Shown piece by piece: positions 61,252 to 64,000 of a DNA stretch of 64,000 nt; the stretch's first letter is position 1, and every line of letters begins with the position of its first letter. The position numbers were made by a program, and so were the translations under genes. The notes under the pieces were generated by a model. That model was not told the DNA's origin and searched no databases. It was given only the letters and a program-made list of their open reading frames with translations. Source of the stretch: Psammoneis japonica (Eukaryota); the NCBI GenBank assembly GCA_008632985.1, contig QPGO01000020.1, forward strand, positions 682,001 to 746,000, written 5' to 3'.

Positions 61252-64000
61252 TTTTGTTTGGAGAGCTCGTGAGCCAAGACGACGTCATTCTTTCTGGGTT
61301 GGCACTGCCAGTGACAACAAACTAATTCCCACAATCCACAGATTGAATGACTGATTTCAGACCAACCATGCAAGCTTGAATGTGTCTCAACAGAGGTGCC
61401 AAAGCCAGCCATCACACCGTTGTTTGCCACACCCATGTGTCGTCTCATTTTCTTGCTCAGCGAGTCCAGTGCTGGGGCGGCGATGCAGCGTTGGTGAAAC
61501 ACTGGCTGCCCTGCTGCTGGCTTCTTCTTCTTCTTCTTCTTCTTCTTGCACACACACACAAGTGCAAGCACACACACCTTTGTCTGCCCCCCCAGCACAA
61601 TCAACAGCTTGTTGTCGAGCTTCATTTTTTTGGCGCATGTCAGTGAACCCATGTGGAGCCCACCTGCTCATTTCCGTGCAGCTCCATGATGCAATCTTGA
61701 AGGTCCGTCAAACAGCACACATGAGCTCAGAAGAAATCACAGTGGCACAGCAGCAAGGGATGAGGCTGATTTGAAGCCTTTCCCAACTCTCTCGATGTTG
61801 ACTGCAGCGCTGCTTTCACACGCGACAATGTTGCAAGATTTTGGCTTGGCAAAACCCACAATTTTTATTTTCATCATCACACTCCTTCAACAGCTGTTGT
61901 TTGATTGTGGCTCTGGCTCATGAAAAGAGGAGTTCAGCGGCGCTGTCATTGCTCACACATTTCTCAATGCAGAGACTCCAGCCATCCTTTCTGAAGCAAT
62001 CCAAAGGATCCAACTGTCCTTCTGAAGCAGCACAAAGGCTGCACAACCATCCTTTTGCACCTTTTGCAGCATCACAAAGGCTCCCAGCCACCACAGCTGG
62101 CAGCAACACAAAGACTCCAACCACCACAGGAGGTGGCAGCAGCACCAAGACTTCAACCATCTTTTCTGAAGCAGCAGTGCAAAGGCTCCAACAGCCCTTC
62201 TGCAATGGCACAAAGGCTGCAACCATCCTTCTGCAGAGCAGTGCAAAGGCTCCAACAGCCCTTCTGCAGTGGTGTGCAAAGGCTGCAACCATCCTTCTGC
62301 AGCAGCACAGATGCTCCTCCCAACCACCACAGCCAAGTGGCAGCAATGCAAAGACTCCAACCACCACAGCCAAGTGGCGGCAGTGCAAAGGCTCCAAGAA
62401 CTGTCCTGTCTGAAGCACCAGAAAGGCTCCAACACTGTCCTTCTGCAGCAGTGCAAAGGGTCCAAACTGTTGCAAGTGGCAGCAGCACAAAAGCTCCAGC
62501 AACCATCACAAGTGGCATCAGTGCAAAGGCACCGTGTGCCATTCACACGTCCACAGAAACAAAGCCACAAGAACAATTTGACAGCTCAACCACCGTCGTT
62601 CACATGTCAACAAAACTCCTGCAGTTTGTGCAAGATGGGCCACTCTCCTGAGTCATCATCATGAAAAAGCTGTTGGCATCTCATGCACATTTTTGACATT
62701 GAGCACAGTGTGGAGACAGGTGCCGCACGGCAGGTTGCCCTGTTTTTGTGCACTGCCTGAGTCGTTGGTGCTCGTTGAAATGATGACCTGCCTTGTGCTG
62801 TTTGTCTGAAGAGCTTGCATCAGCCAAAATGTCATTTTTTCTGGGTTGGCACTGCTGGCAGTGACAACAAACTAATTCCCGCAATCCACAGATTGAGTGG
62901 CCAGTTTTGGACTAACCAAGGAAGTGCCACAAAGCCAACCAGCACATCACAGCACTGTCTGGAGAGACAAGACACCCCCACGCACCAGCCACATCATTCA
63001 CATGTCATCATTTTCTTGCTCAGTGAGTCTTTTGGGGTGACAGTGCATTGTTGGCAAAATGCTGGCTCTGCCACTGGCTTCATTGTGGGCAGTGTGCACA
63101 CCCCCACAAACACACATCTTTCAGCCCAAAACAACCCTCCACATGAAAGGGCAGCTTTTTCACATCAGCAAAACAAAAAAATTGACAGGACTTTGTGCAA
63201 CACCGGCTGGCAACACCCAGCAGACACAACTGGGGGCAACAAGGAGGCAACACTTGGCACAGGATTTGTTGTGTTCTTTTTTTTGCTGCAACCACAGTGC
63301 CACACTGTGCAGCATTGGCAAAGGACTTTTGCACACTCAGAGTGCACAGCTCATCAGCAAAAGCAGCAACCCCCATCTTTGAGTTTGCGCTGGCCACCAT
63401 CAACACAAAAGGAGACAAACATTTGTGCTCTTTCTGGCACACTGCATCAAGAGTGAAAAGGTTGCAGCTCAAAGCAGCAAGCTCTTCATTTGTCAGCAAG
63501 CACAAAAAGGGAGAACTCACAAGGCTTGAAAACATGGAACAAAGATCAAATGGAGCCAGAAGTTGGCTCTTTTCTGCACCCTTGAGCCCAACAACTGCTG
63601 AAGCAGTGTTTTCACCACACAAAGTGAAGAACTTGGTTGGCCAATGGAAAGAAGGGGGTCATCAAGAGCCATTGAAAATGGACAGAAACAGTTTGGAAAT
63701 GTTGCAAAAGATGGTCTTTGACAGTGACATGATCTGCGGTGTGCACAGAATTTGCGCTGGGTGCTGTGTAGAAAACTTGCTGAATTGAGAGAAAATGGCT
63801 GGAAAGGATGACAAGCTGCCAAGCCAGAAGAAGTTGCTGCCAGTTGTTTGCTGCTAAAAAATGTTGCTTGTTGGGCTGAATGATGCAGTGCCATTGGTGG
63901 AGTTGCTCAAAATGGGCTGGTGAGAGGACCCAGCAAAATGGCTCACACACCTTTGGAGAAGGAAGGAGGGCATCAGCGCCAGAGGGTGTGCAGAAACACA
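61252..64000. other. TpA-erased block 6 with direct repeats (~61190-61620 and ~62740-63160)
   Basis: TA nearly absent; ctgggttggcactg...cagtgacaacaaactaattccc.caatccacagattga occurs at ~61294 and ~62841. Confidence 0.85.
61965..62530. repeat. Degenerate ~30-bp minisatellite (ccttctgcagcagtgcaaaggctccaac-like)
   Basis: caaaggctcc/caaagactcc cores recur more than 15 times. Confidence 0.85.

Overview
Eukaryotic nuclear DNA, almost certainly a diatom: it has an FCP/Lhc antenna gene, a delta-carbonic anhydrase, bipartite plastid-targeting presequences and short spliceosomal introns. About a dozen apparently intact genes and several frameshifted pseudogenes sit in islands of normal composition. 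These alternate with six sharply bounded blocks (about 29 kb, roughly 45% of the window) of decayed repeat/transposon DNA from which the dinucleotide TpA is almost completely erased. A CRE-like non-LTR retrotransposon (46.7-49.6 kb) shows the direction of change at codon level: conserved Tyr became Cys/His (YADD to CADD) and conserved Leu became Pro, always as CCA. This indicates TA>TG and TA>CA transitions on both strands while CpG is still intact; older blocks have also lost CpG. The best reading is a repeat-targeted A:T>G:C hypermutation process at TpA, the mirror image of fungal RIP. All counts were made by eye; no database search or alignment software was run.
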